From: Acidobacteriota bacterium
GTDB taxonomy: Bacteria > Acidobacteriota > Vicinamibacteria > Vicinamibacterales > UBA8438
NCBI GenBank assembly: GCA_011523845.1
Contig: WTFV01000011.1
Coordinates: 68,871-132,870 of the forward strand
Reading direction: 5' to 3'
Length of the DNA: 64,000 bases
Under the pieces are notes generated by a model. It did no database searches and had not been told where the DNA came from. It worked only from the letters and a program-made list of their open reading frames with translations. Made by a program: the position numbers and the translations under genes. Shown in pieces: positions 62,362-64,000 of this stretch (position 1 is the first letter of the stretch; every line of letters begins with the position of its first letter).

Positions 62362-64000
62362 CTAGCGCGAGCCCGCGACCTTCACGGTGACGATCTCGAT
62401 GCCGTGGTACTGGCGGTGCCGCACGGACGAGGCGTAGTGCCGCAGCAGGCGGAACGACAGCTCGCTCTCCTCCGGGGTGTCCGCGCGCTCGCTCAGATAC
62501 GTCAGGTGGTCCTCGATGTTCTCCTTCTCGAAGACGACCAGGAACTCCAGCTCCACGACCGCGCGGCCTGGGCGCCCGATGAGGATGAGGCGCGGCGCCC
62601 GGTCGGCGGCAGGGTCCTCGCGGAGCTGCAGGAGGCATTCGAGCGCCTCGTGACCGGCGGCGCGCAACCGTTCACGGGAAGTCTCGTTCCAGCCGACGCG
62701 ACCCGCGAGCCCGCGCAGGAAGGCATCGATCCCCGCCGCCGCGGAGGCGTCCAGCTCCACGTCCAGCCGCCGGCGCCGCGGGCTCGTCAGCTCCAGGAAC
62801 GCGGTCAGCAGAACCGTGGCCAGCACCCCGATCGTCATGCCGTTGCCGATCGATGCGCTCCACGTCGCGCCCAGCACGCCCTCGAAGACGCTCCCGCTCT
62901 CCAACCCGACGCCCAGGGCCAGGGCGACGCCCACCACGAGCCCCTTCTGCGGATCGAGGCCGTCCTGGAACACGGTCCGGATGCCCTCCACGAAGAGCAG
63001 TCCCATGATGATCAGCAGAAAGGCCCCCATGACGGGGCTCGGCACCGAGAGCAGGACGGCCGTCAGCCTGGGCAGGAACGCCAGCGCGAACAGGATGCCT
63101 CCGATGGCGTACCCGACGCGGCGCGCCGCCACGCCGGTGAGGTTGATGAGCGACACGCTCGACGGCAGATAGATGATGACGGGCGGCGTCACGGCGAGGC
63201 CGGACAGGAGGATGCCGACCCCGCTCGCGTTGAGCGCGCCCTGCACCAGGCGGAAGTCGGTCGCGCGCGGCTTGCGCGCCGAGGCCTGCTGGATGACCGC
63301 GCCGTCGCTGCTGGTCTTGATGGCGGCCACCACGGACACGATCACGAACACCGGCAGCAGCGCCCAGAACCGCGCGTCCGGCGCGAGGTCCACGCCGGGC
63401 CAGGCCGCGATGTCCGGCAGGTCGAACCAGGATGCCTCGGCCATCGGCCGCAGGTCGTACAGCCCGAAGAACAGGGCCGCGGCGCAGCCGGCCAGGATGC
63501 CGCCGAGCGGCGCCCACAGCCGCCAGACGCCCGTGGCGCGCAGCACCATGCCGGTGGTGACGGCAAGCGTCACGCCGGCGGCGATCAGCCCGCCGCCTTC
63601 CGGCGCGCCCGCGGGCACGTCCGTCAGCCGGCCGACCGCTATCGGCATCACCGCGACGGCAATGAGCATGAGTGCCGTGCCGGCCACGATCGGAGTGACT
63701 ATCCGGCGCAGGAACGGAAGCCACGCCGCCATGGCGAATTGGAACAGCGACGACACGACGATGAGGCTCGCCAGCGTCGCGAGATCCGCTTCCGTCAGGG
63801 CGACGACCGAGATCGCGATGAAGTGGGGGCCGGCCCCCGTCATCAGGATGTGCCCGGCGCCGACCCGCCCCACGTGCGCCGCCTGCAGGGCCGTGGTGAC
63901 CCCGGCGATGACGAGCGCCGCGAAGACCGCCCACGCCAGGTACGCCTCGCCCTCCCCGGCCGCCCGGACGATGATGGTCACCATCAGGACGGTGTTCGCG
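62362..64000 (-). CDS. NCS2 (xanthine/uracil/vitamin C permease)-like transporter with about 150-aa soluble C-terminal domain (N-terminus beyond right edge)
   Basis: Multiple TM segments with NCS2-like blocks (ILMTGAGPHFIAISV, VVAAIKTSSDGAVIQQ, SLINLTGVAARRVGY). The frame stays open past the track start at 63984 to the window end. Confidence 0.6.
   Translation of the reverse strand, partial: ANTVLMVTIIVRAAGEGEAYLAWAVFAALVIAGVTTALQAAHVGRVGAGHILMTGAGPHFIAISVVALTEADLATLASLIVVSSLFQFAMAAWLPFLRRIVTPIVAGTALMLIAVAVMPIAVGRLTDVPAGAPEGGGLIAAGVTLAVTTGMVLRATGVWRLWAPLGGILAGCAAALFFGLYDLRPMAEASWFDLPDIAAWPGVDLAPDARFWALLPVFVIVSVVAAIKTSSDGAVIQQASARKPRATDFRLVQGALNASGVGILLSGLAVTPPVIIYLPSSVSLINLTGVAARRVGYAIGGILFALAFLPRLTAVLLSVPSPVMGAFLLIIMGLLFVEGIRTVFQDGLDPQKGLVVGVALALGVGLESGSVFEGVLGATWSASIGNGMTIGVLATVLLTAFLELTSPRRRRLDVELDASAAAGIDAFLRGLAGRVGWNETSRERLRAAGHEALECLLQLREDPAADRAPRLILIGRPGRAVVELEFLVVFEKENIEDHLTYLSERADTPEESELSFRLLRHYASSVRHRQYHGIEIVTVKVAGSR

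Overview
High-GC bacterial chromosomal segment. Backbone lines counted by hand are about 68-72 % GC, and most genes are on the minus strand. No rRNA, tRNA, CRISPR array or integrase was found. Many long ORFs in the supplied track are antisense shadow ORFs typical of high-GC DNA.

Flanks (1-12.5 kb and 43-64 kb): ordinary envelope, periplasmic and metabolic genes.
- Left arm: NHL propeller, TonB-type outer-membrane protein, hflX, TolB-like propeller, cyclase-family protein, PHP hydrolase.
- Right arm: polytopic membrane protein, three paralogous secreted proteins, ggt, PadR, VOC, DinB, amidohydrolase, two PQQ dehydrogenases, NCS2-like permease.

Centre (about 12.5-42.9 kb): a mosaic defence and mobile-element island with patchy lower GC (35-55 %).
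1. A 7.8-kb IS1595-family cargo transposon (12961-20788). It has inverted ends and an 8-bp target duplication, and it splits a GNAT gene. Its roughly 6 kb of cargo is uncharacterised: small genes, a GIY-YIG-like protein, a stand-alone HsdR_N-like PD-(D/E)xK protein and an RHH protein.
2. A toxin-antitoxin graveyard (21.2-23.6 kb).
3. One tightly coupled minus-strand gene chain: type III res, DUF2283, type III mod, AAA ATPase, S8 subtilase, then a RelE-like/UvrD helicase. The ATPase plus subtilase pair has the IetAS architecture. The helicase is split by a +1 frameshift.
4. A 1.6-kb patchwork of diverged fragments of those same genes (35.4-37.0 kb).
5. A Gabija-type gajA/gajB pair.
6. Decayed fragments and a DUF3800 gene at the right island edge.

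The backbone intergenic regions carry a dispersed REP-like palindrome family and several local tandem repeats.

All functional calls rest on motif recognition in the supplied or hand translations. No database search was run.
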